Shown piece by piece: positions 1-13,139 of a stretch of 64,000 bases of DNA. The DNA comes from Vicugna vicugna (lineage: Eukaryota). The stretch spans positions 399,394-463,393 of the forward strand of contig MU058650.1 of NCBI GenBank assembly GCA_013265495.1, in the 5' to 3' direction. Within the stretch, counting starts at the first letter, position 1. Each line of letters begins with the position of its first letter. Below the pieces are notes generated by a model, which was given only the letters and a program-made list of their open reading frames with translations, did not search any database and had not been told where the DNA came from. The translations under genes and the position numbers were made by a program.

Positions 1-2214
1 AGAGTTGTCCTCCAAATTTTCTAACTTTTGAAATCTTACAATTACCAATTACTATTCAAGACTGAATTTCCCAAGCTCCTATATGATTATCATTTTGTAA
101 ATTGTCTCTGGTAAGTTCTGGCTAAACTAGCCAATAAAAAAAAAAAAAGAAAGAAAACCATTTTAGCCTTAGTTCAGTAAAGCCAATAAAATAAACTTAA
201 AGTCATAGTTGTATTGCTTTACCAAACAGCAGCAGCAAATCAGAGACCATCTGGAGTCTCCACACAAATACATTTGGCTCTAGAATATGACATTCATTGG
301 CCATTCAAACAAATGTCATAGAACTAGATAGAAACATGTTTGCCTGAGATAGTTCTTCAAATCAAAATACTAATCTACTTGAATACACTAATAACCTTTC
401 CAGCCTAAAATCAGGAGTAGTCATTTAGGACCAGATATTTCAAGGCATAAGCAACCCATGAAGAACCAACCTTCAAAGGGAAGCTTTGACCTAATTGTTT
501 ACGGCAGATACAGTGTGCTTGGATTTCTGATAGAATGTATATTTAGAAAAATATGGCATGATTCTGCTTCCATGGGCATGCTTTTTTAATCATAAGATGA
601 GCACTTTCACAAACTAGAATTGAGAAAACCCCCTCAAAATTATAAACAATAATGTTTGGATATCGCTTGCTATAATAACATAGGTAAGTACTATAAAGTG
701 ATTTCAATATAGCACCAAATGCTCCATTGCACAGAGTAGAACATTATCCTGTATCATAACTTCATAATATATATTCTCAATACTGGCTTAATGAAGCATT
801 TCCTCTGTATTCATTATACTTTTGATAGCAAAATTAATTTCTGTCTGGAGTTGTAAAGGTGAAATATGAGCATGGGATACATTCAGTGTTTTTCAAAAGG
901 ACATGATTCAAAATATGCAAATTTGGGGAAAAAAAGAACATGAGAAAATAAAATAAGAGAAAAGGAATGGAGACTACTACAAATTTATTTCAAGCACCAG
1001 AAGTCAGTGCATCTACTTATACACCTGGTAAATGACATAGCAGAAAAACTGGAAATATAAGAATATTGACTTGCACAGCAAAGGATTAGAGAGAAGAAAT
1101 TATACAAGTGCAAACAACAATACAAGAACTACCAATGTCAGAACCAATAAAATTATCTACTTTCTCCTACCATTTGGTTAAGTTTAATTGAATTTACTGT
1201 AAATGCATGTCTAGAACATCAAATACTTCTTCTGACTAATAAAACAGCTAGAGTTTGAGACATTTGGACTTGAATGCAGAAATTTACCAATGCTGAAGAA
1301 TGATCATGAAGAAATGAACACATAAAGTAATTCATGTGCGTATTTGGAAAATTTAAACACATATAAAACTTCAAGCTTAAAAGTAGAAAAAGCACCTTCT
1401 AAATTAACCAGTAACAATAGGTTTATGTGCAACAGTCATAATAATATTATTTTGTGTAAGTAATTCTTAGAAGCCCATGGGACAATGACAAGCACTTGTT
1501 TGAAACGGAGAGAAAAGGAAGCCTGATGACTGGCAGGGCTCGGGAGGGGCAAGGACGGGGGAAGCCAACTCACAAAGGAAGGGGAGCAGAACCAGAGGCA
1601 GAGAATGGGTCTGTGGACACGCCTGAATGAAGTAAGAAACGGGCCTCATGTTTTCTCTTTTCATGTCTGTGCCTTTTCTTAGGTAAGATTCCTGCCAAAC
1701 ATGTTGAAGTAACAAACAGAGGCTACCGACTGCTTGAAATAGCTTTCAGATAAACTAACAGTTCACACAAACAAGTTGAATGATTTCCTGATGTCTGAAA
1801 ATCTGGGTGGCTGATTGAATTTCTGACAGACTGGATTAAAGTAACCAGATGTTTTGGTATTGTGCAGACAGGATTTTGACTTAATGAAAGCCGGAAAAAA
1901 AAAGCACATTCGTGTTTGGCATTCCTGTTCAGCCTGCAACTCAATCATGTAGTTTTTGCACATGATAGAAATTCAGTAGATGCTTGCTGGCTGAATGATC
2001 AGTTTTACTACATTTTTCACTCCTAGTCCATGCTTTGCTTATTGTAAATGCAAAAGTGATCTTGGATAACTTAATATACAAAGGACCAACCGATACCAAC
2101 TGGAAATATTATGTTCTAAAGAGCAGTATTTCTTTTGGATTCTCTCTCTCTCTTTTTTTTTCTTTTAGATTCCACATATAAGTGATATGATATTTCTCTT
2201 TTTCTTTTTAAAAC

Positions 2215-2350
2215 TTATTTATTTATTTATTTTTGTGGTGGGGGAGGTAATTGGGTTTATTTATTTATTTATAGAGGAGGTACTGAGGATTGAACACAGG
2301 ACCTCATGCACGCTAAGCATGCACTCTACCACTTAAGTTATACCCTTTCC
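2215..2350 (-). mobile_element. Vic-1-type tRNA-derived SINE
   Basis: Reverse complement gives GGGTATAACTTAAGTGGTAGAGTGCATGCTTAGCGTGCATGAGGTCCTGTGTTCAATCCTCAGTACCTCC, then (TAAA)n, AATTACCTCCCCC and an A-rich tail. Confidence 0.85.
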
Positions 2351-2669
2351 TCTCTTTTATGGTTTTAAATCTCTGTTTTCCTAGTTTTGGATTATTATAT
2401 TGCCTCAAAGTGGATACCATATCATCTATTTCTTATGAACAATAAATATCACAAAAGTTTGTATTTTAGTATTAGTCTCAACTTAACTTTTTCTTCAAAG
2501 ATTTTAAAATTTTATAGAACTAACAATTTTAGTTCTTAATATTAAATGCAGGCATAAATATCTTCATTACTTCAACATCTCCCTGTATAGTTATAGTCAA
2601 AACAGTTTGTGTAAAATTAGAATGCCTTCAAGTCATTGCTGTGCTATTACTTCTGAACATTACTTTCTT

Positions 2670-3554
2670 GTTTTCTAAAAATATAGTTGAGACACAACAT
2701 TATGTTAGTTTCAGGTATACCACAGAGTGATTTGACATTTGCATACGTTATGAAATGACCACCATGATAAGTCTAGTAACCATGTGTCCCAATACAGTTA
2801 TTACATTGTTATTAACCATTTTATTTATGCTGTATATTACATCCCCTTAGCTCATTTATTTTATAAGTGGATGTTTTCACCTATTAATCCCCTTCACCTG
2901 TTTTGCTCATCTCTTCCCCCTGGTAACCACCTGTTTGTTCTCTGTGTCTATGAGTCTGTTTTCATTTTGTTTTGTTAGTTTATTTTGTTTCTTAGGTTAC
3001 AAATATAAAGGAGATCAAATGGCATTTGTCTTTCTCTGTGTTACTTTTTTCACTTAGCATAATACATTCTAGATCCATCCATGTTGTCACAAATGGCAAG
3101 ATTTCATTTTTATGGCTGAGCGGTATTCCATTATGTGTGTATGTATGTATGTATGTGTGTATATCTTCCCTATCCATTAATCTATCAATGAACAGTTAAT
3201 TCCCTTCCGTATCTTGGCTATTGTAAATAATGTTGCAATGAACATTGGTGTGCACATATCTTTTCAAAGTAATATTTTTGTTTTCTTTGGGTAAATACCC
3301 AGAAGTGCATTCTCTGGATAGTATGGTAATTCCTTTTTAATTTTTTGAGGAACTTTCATACTGTTTCCATAGTGGTTACACTAATCCCACCAACAGTGCA
3401 CAAGAGTTCCCCTTTCTTCCACTTTTAATTTAACACTTGTTATTTTCTATCTTTCTGATGGGTGTAAAGTGATTATGTCATCATGGTTTTGATTTGCATT
3501 TTCCTAGTGATTAGTGATGTTGAACATATTTTCATGTGTCGGCTTGCCATCTGT
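2670..3554 (-). mobile_element. 5'-truncated L1 (end of ORF2 plus 3'UTR)
   Basis: Relic peptide EILPFVTTWMDLECIMLSE; 16-bp TSD TGAACATT(A/T)CTTTCTT at 2654-2669 and 3555-3570. Confidence 0.9.
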
Positions 3555-3662
3555 TGAACATTTCTTTCTTAAGGAAGTGAGAAGAGTAATCATTTTTTCA
3601 AGGAAGATTAAATGTACTATTTTAGTCATAAGATTAGAAACCACAGGTTGTAATTGCATTGT

Positions 3663-3885
3663 GGGAGGCACAGTAGGGTAATGGTTAAGAGCATGGACTT
3701 TGAAGTCAAACAGATATGAATTCCAATTCTGAACCTATTCTTAGTTAGTCTTATTTACTTATTTACTCTTATTTGACAATAAGGCCCTTAACATCTCTGA
3801 GTCTTGGTTTTCTCGTTAGTAAATAAGGATAATGACATCTGAGTCATGGTCCATGATTGTTGTAAGACTTGCGTGACAATAGGCA
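3663..3885 (+). mobile_element. MIR SINE
   Basis: ATGGTTAAGAGCATGGACTTTGAAGTCAAACAGA head and CTCTGAGTCTTGGTTTTCTCGTTAGTAAATAAGGATAATGA core. Confidence 0.75.
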
Positions 3886-5746
3886 ACACTACATATTTCA
3901 CAAATATGAAAATATGCTTAAAACGCACACATATAAATGTAAATAGATTAACTATACACATACATGGGTGCGTGTATTTACATATTATATATAAAGAGAG
4001 AGAGAGGTTGAGCATGCACACACCCTAGCTTAGCATGATGCCTGGCACACGGCAGTCACTTGGTGAGAAGCAGCTCCTATTAAGCATTCAGGCAACAGAA
4101 TTCTACGTGGCCATTCTAGTGAGGTATTGGCCAGTTTGGTACAAGGAAAGATCAAAGGTTTTTTTTTTCTTTTTCAAGCAGGTATATCCATGTTCAAATT
4201 TAGTTTTGCTATTGACTACCTGCATAATCTTGGTCAAATTATGTAAAATTCTGTATCTCAACTTATTTCAATGTAAAATAAGATTAATGAAACCTACTAT
4301 GCAGGGGCTTGGGGGTGGGGAGAATTGGAAGAGAGGTTAAATCTGTAATAAACCACTGGCCCAAGTCTCACAGATAGAAGGTGTTCTATATTATTTTTTT
4401 TCAAGATTTGACACCTGTTCTTTAACCCCTTGATGTCTTTTAGATCTCGAAAATATTTAAAAACTGCACATGTGCCCTTCACTGAGTCATACAGATGAAA
4501 TTAAATGATATATAAACTGCCCAATAAGCCAACAACTAGCTTATGGTTGGTTTTCATTATTTTCAATTCCACTTCCCTAGGTATATACAAAATCTACAAA
4601 GATACCAAAATAATGTAGGTCTTAATGTGCAACAAAAATATCTCTTGAATACTCTCTCTAAGGAGAATTTAAAGTCTTTGCCAAATCTTTACAAAAATTA
4701 AAAAAAAAAATTTTCAGTGTTAAGACAGAAACAGTATTGACAGAAATCCAAGTGCCTGTTTCTACTTGCTGACTGAATCAGTCATTTAAAGATGTAGAAT
4801 GTAATCTCTGGGAGAATCAGAGCTATATTCGTTTTCTTGCCCTTTCATTCCCAGTACCTAATCAATTGTCTAGAAAACAGCAAGCCTTCAAAAATCCTTT
4901 GCTGAACAAATGAGTAGAAGTCACTCCTAGAAAGATTCCAGCTGGGATCATGCAGAATCAGGCTTCATCTGAGTTGAAGCAGCAAACTGCCTCCAAAGTA
5001 AAAAGCCTTTTTGTCCTCTGGGACATTCAGTGCACACTCAAGGCCTATGTTCCTATGAACCTACTGATTACATGGTCATTTGACCATCAAAATTACTCTG
5101 TTTCTTCGACTTCAACAGGTGTCCCGCTAGGAAATATTTCCATGTATTTTGGATATTGTTGTCAGAATTACCATATTTCCCTAAAGAGTGAAGTCTGAAT
5201 TAATGAGATTTTAATAAATCTATTCTTTATGGTTGGTTTAACCTTTGAACAAAAACATTAAAGGCAAATGATAAAGCAGAATAATTTCTTAGAATTAAAT
5301 CTACATGTAAATTTGATCTTCTGACTTTCATACACGAGGTACCCATTTCTGATGCAGTAATAGGAAGCATTACAAATGTGCAGAAATCAATTCGGCCATT
5401 AGGATAACACAAGAGTTGCTAGGAAACCACATTCCAAATAAGAAATACTACAGAGGTGACCCAGACAATTACAATATGCCTGACATGACATTAACACAAA
5501 GCTTAACAGATTTTTAAAAGCACCTGTGATACTGAATTTGCAACTCAGGTGATTAAACAGGTACCTTTAATGACTCAAAAATTCAGTTACAGAAATAGGA
5601 AAATACAAAATCAAAGTGTGCTATTTAGGAGCTCTAAATTAAATAATTTTTTTTCTTCACCTATAAAGTGTAAATAATAGCAATGCCTCCTTCATAGAAT
5701 TATTGTGAAATTGAAAAGTAATTGCATAGAAAGCACTTGGTACAGT

Positions 5747-6392
5747 TGACCCAGAAAGGAAGGGGGCATGGCATAGCCATTGAAAGCAACCACAGCAATG
5801 AACACAAAGGTGGCGGGAAATTCAATTCCCAGCAGACCTTGAGGCCCAACATGGTGGGAGATTGGACTTCCAGTAGACCTTAAGCTTCATTACATACGTA
5901 TTGTAGTATGTTAGCATGGTGAATAGCACTCCCACAGGCACCATGACAGTTCCGAGGCTCACTATAAAAGGTCAAAAAGTGGGCAGTGGCCCAATTCCTG
6001 GGAATCCCAGCCCCTTCCCCAAAAAGCTGTTGGAATAATCTTCCCATTTGCTAGCAAATGAAGGTTCGGAGCCATTAAGAACTAAGGACTCCCACATCTC
6101 ATGGCCACTCTCTCTTCTGAGTGAGATGGACTGCACTCTGTCTATGGAGTGTGTGTCTACTGAGCACCCAAACCCCACGCCTTGTGGCCTTTCTCTTGCC
6201 TCCTGAAACAATCTGCACTCTATGCACTATGTATCTGTCAAATAAATCCCTACCTTTACTCAGCTGTGGCTCACTCTTGAGTTCTTTCCTGCATGAAGCC
6301 AAGGACTCACGCTTGGCGGGGCATGTCTCAGGGATTCAATCGAGACCTGGGACATGGCCATCCTCTCTCCCCACATTCATTTTCCCGTATCA
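5747..6392 (+). mobile_element. ERV1 solo LTR, MER41-like, inserted into a MIR
   Basis: TG...CA termini, 4-bp TSD CAGT/TAGT, AATAAA at 6241, CCCACAGGCACCATGACAGTT and GAATAATC blocks like MER41; MIR tail resumes on both sides (AAAGCACTTGGTACAGT | TGCCTGGCATACAGTTAAATGC). Confidence 0.8.
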
Positions 6393-6622
6393 TAGTGGAC
6401 TGCCTGGCATACAGTTAAATGCTTCAATAGATATTATTTATCAATATTCTGCAGTAGCTAGTTTAAATACAGTTAGATGTTTTTGTCTTTTCTGTTTGAA
6501 GATAATTTCATCTGTGACAGGTTAAAAACAGGCATAAATGTACATTAGTGAGAATGAATCTACTTATTAAGATAAAACTCATAAAAAAAATACACATCAC
6601 TCTGAACATCCGTTTCTGGTAA

Positions 6623-7695
6623 CGTTACCAAACCAAACTTGGATCCATTCACCCAACTAGTAGCAAAGCCAATCTACTGGCATTGGGTTGTAGTAAAGGA
6701 AAGTACAGCATTTATTGCAAGGTGCCAGGCAAAGAGAGCATGTGGCTATAGCTCAAAAGACCCAAACTCCTTGGTGGCTTTTGGGGCAGGGTTTTTAAAG
6801 GCATTGTGAGGACCTTGGGATGAGTGATCAGCTTGTGCCCGATTCTCTGTTGAGGGAACAAGGTGATGCTTTGGGAATCTCAACTGTCAGTTTTCTAGCT
6901 CCAGCAGGTCTGGGGTCTGCATATTGGTGGTCAACATGCAATTAACTTCTTCCACCTGGTGGGGGTTTTAGTATCTGCGGAACAACTCAAGGATATGTCT
7001 CAAGATGTTATCTACAGCCCTCGAGGAGGAAAGTCTTTGACTTTGACAGCTAAGCTATTATTATTTTGTCTCACGATTATTTTCCTTTGTTTCTGAATTT
7101 TTTTCACTTCTGTGATTAAATTTGCTCTTTGAAACTTGGGGAAGGCCTAGGAGGCTAAAGCTATTCTTAAATAAGAGGCAGGGGACATAGGAGTCTGTCC
7201 TGGGAAAGCCTTGCAGGGGTTGCCAAAGCAAACATGGATCCTGTGGCCTGTACACACTAAAGCCAACCTCCTGACATGGGGCCGTGGTGAGCCCAAGTGC
7301 AGAACTTATTGCATATGGCACCATCATGCAAGGAGTCCAGGGTAGCTTGTGCTCAAAACACCTGAACTCGCCGATGGTTTTCATGGAAGCATTTTTAAGG
7401 GCCAGGTCAGGGAGGAGAATGACACACACAATTGTTCACACACAGTTCTCTGATTGGTTGATAGTGTCACAGGGGTTAAATTATCAGTCCTTAGGCTCCA
7501 GTAGGCCTGGGGGCTGTGAGCTCATGGTCATCAGGTAATTAAGTCTTCTGTTTCATGGGGGTTTTAGCATCTGTAAAACAACTCAGGAAATGTATATCAG
7601 ATGCTGGTCTCCAGGTCCTTCAGAGAGGAGCTAAAGCAGAGGATATGGGGGAGGGGGCTGTCTCGGGAAGGCCCACAGGGCCCTGCTCGGTTTTA
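6623..7695 (-). mobile_element. Two related ERV1 LTRs in tandem (6623-~7217 and ~7218-7695)
   Basis: Both halves share GTT(A/G)CCAAA-CAAAC-TGGATCC, AAAGCCAA, TTATTGCA, GCTCAAAA, GGGGGTTTTAG-ATCTG and AACAACTCA in the same order; GTAA flanks the whole unit (6619-6622, 7696-7699). Confidence 0.75.
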
Positions 7696-7977
7696 GTAAG
7701 AGCAGAGTATATCATTTGAACAAATACCTCTGCAAGTCAGCTCACAAGGCAGTGAAAACTACACGGGGGAAGATGAATCTGAGAAGGGGTGGGCACTAAA
7801 TTTGAGGGTGCTTTTCCAATGTGGGCATCTTCTGACCTCAGAAGTGACTGAGAGGTTGAGAAACTGAGCAGTGCTTCTGACCACAGGGACAAAAATTGGA
7901 GTCCAAGGATCGCTAAGGGGGCGGCCTTAGTCTAAATGTCCACACTCTGAGACGAGAGCCTGACTGGCGACCCCACG

Positions 7978-8486
7978 TGTAGGAGCAGGAAACAAACTTC
8001 CTTGATGCTGAAACTGTGCTGATTCTTTCAGAGTAAGAAATCCTGCAATCTCCTTCCTCTCCCTCACTGCTTTTGTGCTAAGTAACACCCAGACTTCTAC
8101 TTTACATTCTTTATAATCGTTTTAACCCAGAGGCTATGCTCGAGGAAGAAGGTAATGGGCCAATAATCCCAGAAGAATGGACAGACACTGCAGTTCCCCC
8201 ATGATGCCAGAAAGATGCTGCCAGAAAGATGCGTCGTTGAGGTTAAGAGGAATGTGGCAGCACTCTGTAAAGCACCCTGATTATCACCTTTTCCGTTCCA
8301 TCCAGTTTTTATATAAAACTTCAAGACCCCAACTCCAAGATGGATTCACAGTCTCTAAGGCACTGGCCTGCCGTGACTCCCCTTTGCCTGGCAAAGCAAC
8401 AAACCTGTTCTTTTCGAATCCTTCCAAAACTCTGCCTCCGAATCTCACTCTGTTTTCAAGGTACGGAGGCCAACGTTGCAGGAACA
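7978..8486 (+). mobile_element. ERV1 solo LTR inside an old L1 5' relic (~7720-9030)
   Basis: TGTAGG...GGAACA termini, TSD CACG/CACA, TATAAAA near 8312 and CCCCTTTGCCTGGCAAAGCAACAAA (decayed poly(A)-signal block). Confidence 0.75.
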
Positions 8487-10571
8487 CACAGGTAGAAGTA
8501 ATTCCAAAAACACAAGATGAATCGAAAGTAAATTGGCCCTCAGAGAGACTTAAACCCAGTGTTAGAACATCTGATCCCTGACTGCTAGAGCTCCCAGCAA
8601 TGCTTTCCACCAGAAACACACATAAAATTTGCCTACAGGAAGGTAACATTACTTGAAGTCTAAAATTACTTCTATAGTTTTTTAATATACAATCTCCAGC
8701 ACTCAAACAAAAAATAATAAGTAGGCACCCAGGAGACAAGTAGCATGACCAAATATTAAGTGAAAGATGATCAGACAGTGTAGCAGACCACAGAAGCTCT
8801 AGAGAACACATTTATCAGAGAGTTTAAGTTAATTATGGCTAATGTAGTCAAGGATACAAATATAAAGATAAATATAAAAATTTTGTCAGATAAATGAAAA
8901 TGTGAAAAAACTGTAAACTGCTATAACCAACATTATGTGTTAAGCGGATGGGCCTCACAAATGATTTTCATCACCAGTTGAGGTATTAGTGACTTAGAAG
9001 ACAGGTCTGAAGAGACCAGGTAAGACTCAAGCTCTGACAATTAAACAAAACCAGAGTGCAGAAGAGAACCTGCCGTCATCTTATCTACCGTCAAACTCTT
9101 AGTGAAAAAGCACTTAAAGCGTATTCTTCTTAAAAAACATAAACACATTTCTGGTACCAAATAAATTCACTATACTGAACAGATCTATATTTAGCCGTAA
9201 ATTTAGCAGGTAGTATTATGTAGTATTTTTGTGCATTACTGCTACAATAAAACAATGATTTACTGAAACTGCCACTACGTGCATTCTGTAGGAGACTATA
9301 AGTAAATTCAAATGTCTATTGGATCAATGTGAGAAATGAGGGTACTGGGATTCAGCATCTTAATAGTGAGTTTCTATAATGTCTATGGAGTTCCTTCTGA
9401 TCCCTTAAGCTTTTCTCCTTGGATAATAGATTTTAGAGGTAGAATATTTCAAATGAGTATACACACTTCAAGATGAAATGTACTAATTATAATTTTATAA
9501 ATAAATTATTATCAAAGAATCAGAGAATTAACCAGGTTATCAAATAATTAGTTTTCCTTTTTTCTAAACACAATCCTGTGCTGTTATCTCGTGGGGTTAA
9601 ATGTTGCCATATTCGCAAAAAGCAGATCCCTCCAAATAGTAAAATAAAAACATCAGGTTTTCCTTCTAAGTAATAACAATTATCTAAAAATTAATTAGAG
9701 AATTTTATTTCATCCTCTCAGAAAATCCTGTAAGCTCATTAGGATACTAAATTGAAGCTTAAGAAGCTAGAATTTAATGTATTACAGTACATGCAAATTG
9801 CAAATTAATATTCCTGCCTTGGGACTACACAGTTAGAAGAAACTCATAGCATTTCTCTGATTTGCAGTTGTGATTGCTAACCATTAGTATTACAACATGA
9901 TTATACATTTTTTTTTAACTCTATTTTACATTCCCTCTATAATTGCTTCATTATATAAAATGCACTGTTCTTGGAACTAATAAAGGGATTTTGTATGCCT
10001 ATGTGATATTTAGTCAATAAAAATATTTTTTAAAAACTGAAGTCCAAAAGCAAAACTTAGATATTTAGACACAGTAACTCAGTCATCTTCAAAACCCTTA
10101 AATCATGAAAATGCTATTTATCTTTCCAATATACGTTTAATCACATTCTCTAGTCAGGCCTCAATCCAGCTGCTCTTTCCCTACCAATAGTTTTTCTTTT
10201 TTAAATAAAGCACAGGCACTAATAAACATTTTGTTATTTTACTCAAAGAGTAGTTAAACTATTAGTAAAATTTAAGACTTTCAGCTCTAAAAACTATTCA
10301 AAATACTTTGGTAAGATTAGGTTCACAAGATCAAAGAGCAGCATAAAATTATGCAATTTTCTAGTGAAATCACAGTTTAAGCACCTCAACCAAAGAAGAG
10401 AGAATATGAGTCTGATTTTACTTTTCTTCAATTGTCTATTTAAGATATAAGACAATAAGATAACTTCTAGGGATGGGAAAAGCAGGCATAATGCTGGCAT
10501 TTCCATATATTCAGCCAGTAGAATAAATTGATAAAATATTTCAAATCTAATCATTATTTTTTAAAATAGGT

Positions 10572-10656
10572 TATTTTTTAATGGCAGTACTGAGGGTGGA
10601 ATCCAGGACCACATGCATACTAGGCACGCACTCTGCCACTAAGCCATACCCTCCCC
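10572..10656 (-). mobile_element. Vic-1-type SINE, diverged
   Basis: Reverse complement GGGGAGGGTATGGCTTAGTGGCAGAGTGCGTGCCTAGTATGCATGTGGTCCTGGATTCCACCCTCAGTACTGCC. Confidence 0.8.
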
Positions 10657-11814
10657 ACAAAAAAAGCCTTAATTAAAGTCACTTTGGGCTGATTTTTCAG
10701 AATTTATTGTATAAACAGGCCATATTTGTGTATGCCTTTTAGATACAGTCTAGGACTAAGCCTCTGAGTTTCAGTAGAGTACCTACAGAAAAATAATTAG
10801 CCTGAGAATTATAAACTGAACAAGTGAAATGCTGTGTCCTCCGGTGACTTTTAAAATTCAAAATTTAACCTCGTCAATTTTACAGTTAATAATTCAAGGA
10901 CATTACCAATCATTTGTAAGCAATTATAATTGATAATTCAGATTCCTATTTCATCATGACAGGTGTCTCAAAGGTTTAACGATTGTAAAAATTAGTATTT
11001 TATTTTTCAAAATTTGAGAGGTTTGGGGAATTTTCCTTTGTTTTGGGCAGTTGTTGGAACTCAGCTTAAGTTTCAAATAGATTAAAAACTTAGCTTGAAG
11101 TAAACCATCAACTTGATCACGTATCAATGCTGCTACAACAACCACGCATGTTCAATGAAAGATTCAGTAAGTTTAGAAACATTCTCATGATACCAAGTTA
11201 GAAGCCAATTTAAAATTGAATTAAGATGCCGAAAAGCAACCCCAAACTTTGCAAACAGTATAAATTAGTAATGATTATTATTATGGTGATTTTATTATTT
11301 TGAATGCTCTTTCTGCATCTTATTAAATCTTCATGGACATTTCCTCCTCTGATTTAATAAGATAATTTAATTCAGAAGACAGAGCTAATATTATGTCAAA
11401 CAAATAAAAATATGGATGAGCACACTATAAAACACAAGTCCTTGGTTTTGCTCTGCGGTGATTTAAGTTTGCTCTGACAATGCTGAATCAATGCTAACAT
11501 TATATCTCCTACTAAAAAGTCCAATGTAGAAAAACAGTCCCAAATGGTAAGTCTGCTCATTTGGTCACCTTGAAATTTTAAGACTTAATATGAACTCAGT
11601 CTGGAATGTGCATTTTTGAGTTTGTTTCAGATCGGAGGCAGGATTCCTTTTGTTTGTTTTTCCTGGCCGTGATAGAAGTGTCCTTCACACACTTGTAAAA
11701 CTCAGTAATTATGTCCTGAGGGAGCGTATACTTAGATTTAAAAAAATTTTTATTGCACCATGCTTTCCGGGTTTCCCCACTGGTGGGAGTGATTCGAAAA
11801 CTCTAGCTCCCCTT

Positions 11815-12730
11815 TTTTAAACTGTCAATTGTAAACATGTACGTGCACATTAAAGAATAGTAATAAAATTAATAACTTTGCACTATAATCCCTAGGCTCA
11901 CCATCCTATTGTTTCCTCCCCCTTTGCATCATCTCCTTCCTTTCCCTTGGAGATAAGCACTACCTTGAATTTTGTATTAATCATTCCCTTACTCTACACT
12001 TTTTCCATCAACGTAGTATTTCTAAATAAATATGTTTTCAATTTTCCTAGTTTTGAAATTCAGTTAAATGGAATAATTCCATAGCATCGTTTCATGACTT
12101 GCTTCTTTTGCACAATATTATGTTTTTGATATTCATCCACGTTGATGTCAGTAGCTGAAGTCATTCACTTTTCCAGCTGTATGGTACCCAAGGTATAAAC
12201 ACAACACAGTTTATCCATTTTATTTTCAGATGGCTATTTGAGTTATCGCCAGTTTGAAGCTATTATGAAAATTTTGCTGTAAATAATCTTGTGTGTGACT
12301 TCTGCTACACAAGACAACTACTTCCTGGGGCAAACATTTAAGGGAGGAATTACTGGGTTGTAGGAAAGGCATCAGTTAAATTTTACTAGTTAATGCCAAA
12401 TAAACTGCACCATTTACAGTCCCACCAGCTCAGTGTCATATGTTCTGCTGCTCCTAATCCTCCCAAAGGTGGCATTGTCAGACTTTCAAGGTTGTGCCAA
12501 ACTAGGAGGTAGAAAAGCTGTATCACGGTGTTATCAACACATATTCATCTGAATACTGATGACATGAACCAAGGCATTTTGTACTGATTGTATCTGTTGC
12601 AAAATATTCTCCTAGTTTGTGGTTGTATTTTTATCCTCTTTAGGCGTTGATACACAGAAAGGTTTTAATTTGAATGTAGCAAAATTTATACACACTTTCC
12701 TTTGTAATTTGAAAAATTTTGACCCGATTA
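11815..12730 (-). mobile_element. Old L1 (L1ME-like) 3' relic
   Basis: Decayed antisense L1 3' motifs (TTGAATTTTGTATTAATCATTCCCTT, TTTTTGATATTCATCCACGTTGATG, GGAATTACTGGGTTGTAGG). Confidence 0.6.
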
Positions 12731-13139
12731 GTCTAAAAAAAAATTTCTTCCCTACTGTAAGTCAAGCTTCTAATTATATCATATTGCATGCAAATGACAA
12801 ATCATTATGTAGGACACCTGAAACTGACGTATTGTATGTCAACTATATTTCAATAAAAGTAAGTCAATAAAAACCACTGAATTGTTTTTTAAATTCCTAA
12901 TAATAAATTTATAATTCTATACTATGTTCTGTAATATTTAACCCACCTAGAATTGATTTACATGCAGACTCATGAAGTAGAGATGCAATTTTATTTTTTT
13001 CCCCATGGATAACCAATTGGCCCCCAAACATCTACTGAATAGCCCATCTGTCCTCCCTGATGAATGTTGCCTTTGTCATTTATCAAGTCCTCTTTTTCTC
13101 TGATGTACTGCAGACTCATTCAGATATGTTTAGTTTTGT

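Noticed and set aside
1470..1660. Short purine/GC-rich patch with an 82-aa minus-strand ORF
   Set aside because: No recognisable homology, termini or splice structure; cannot be assigned.
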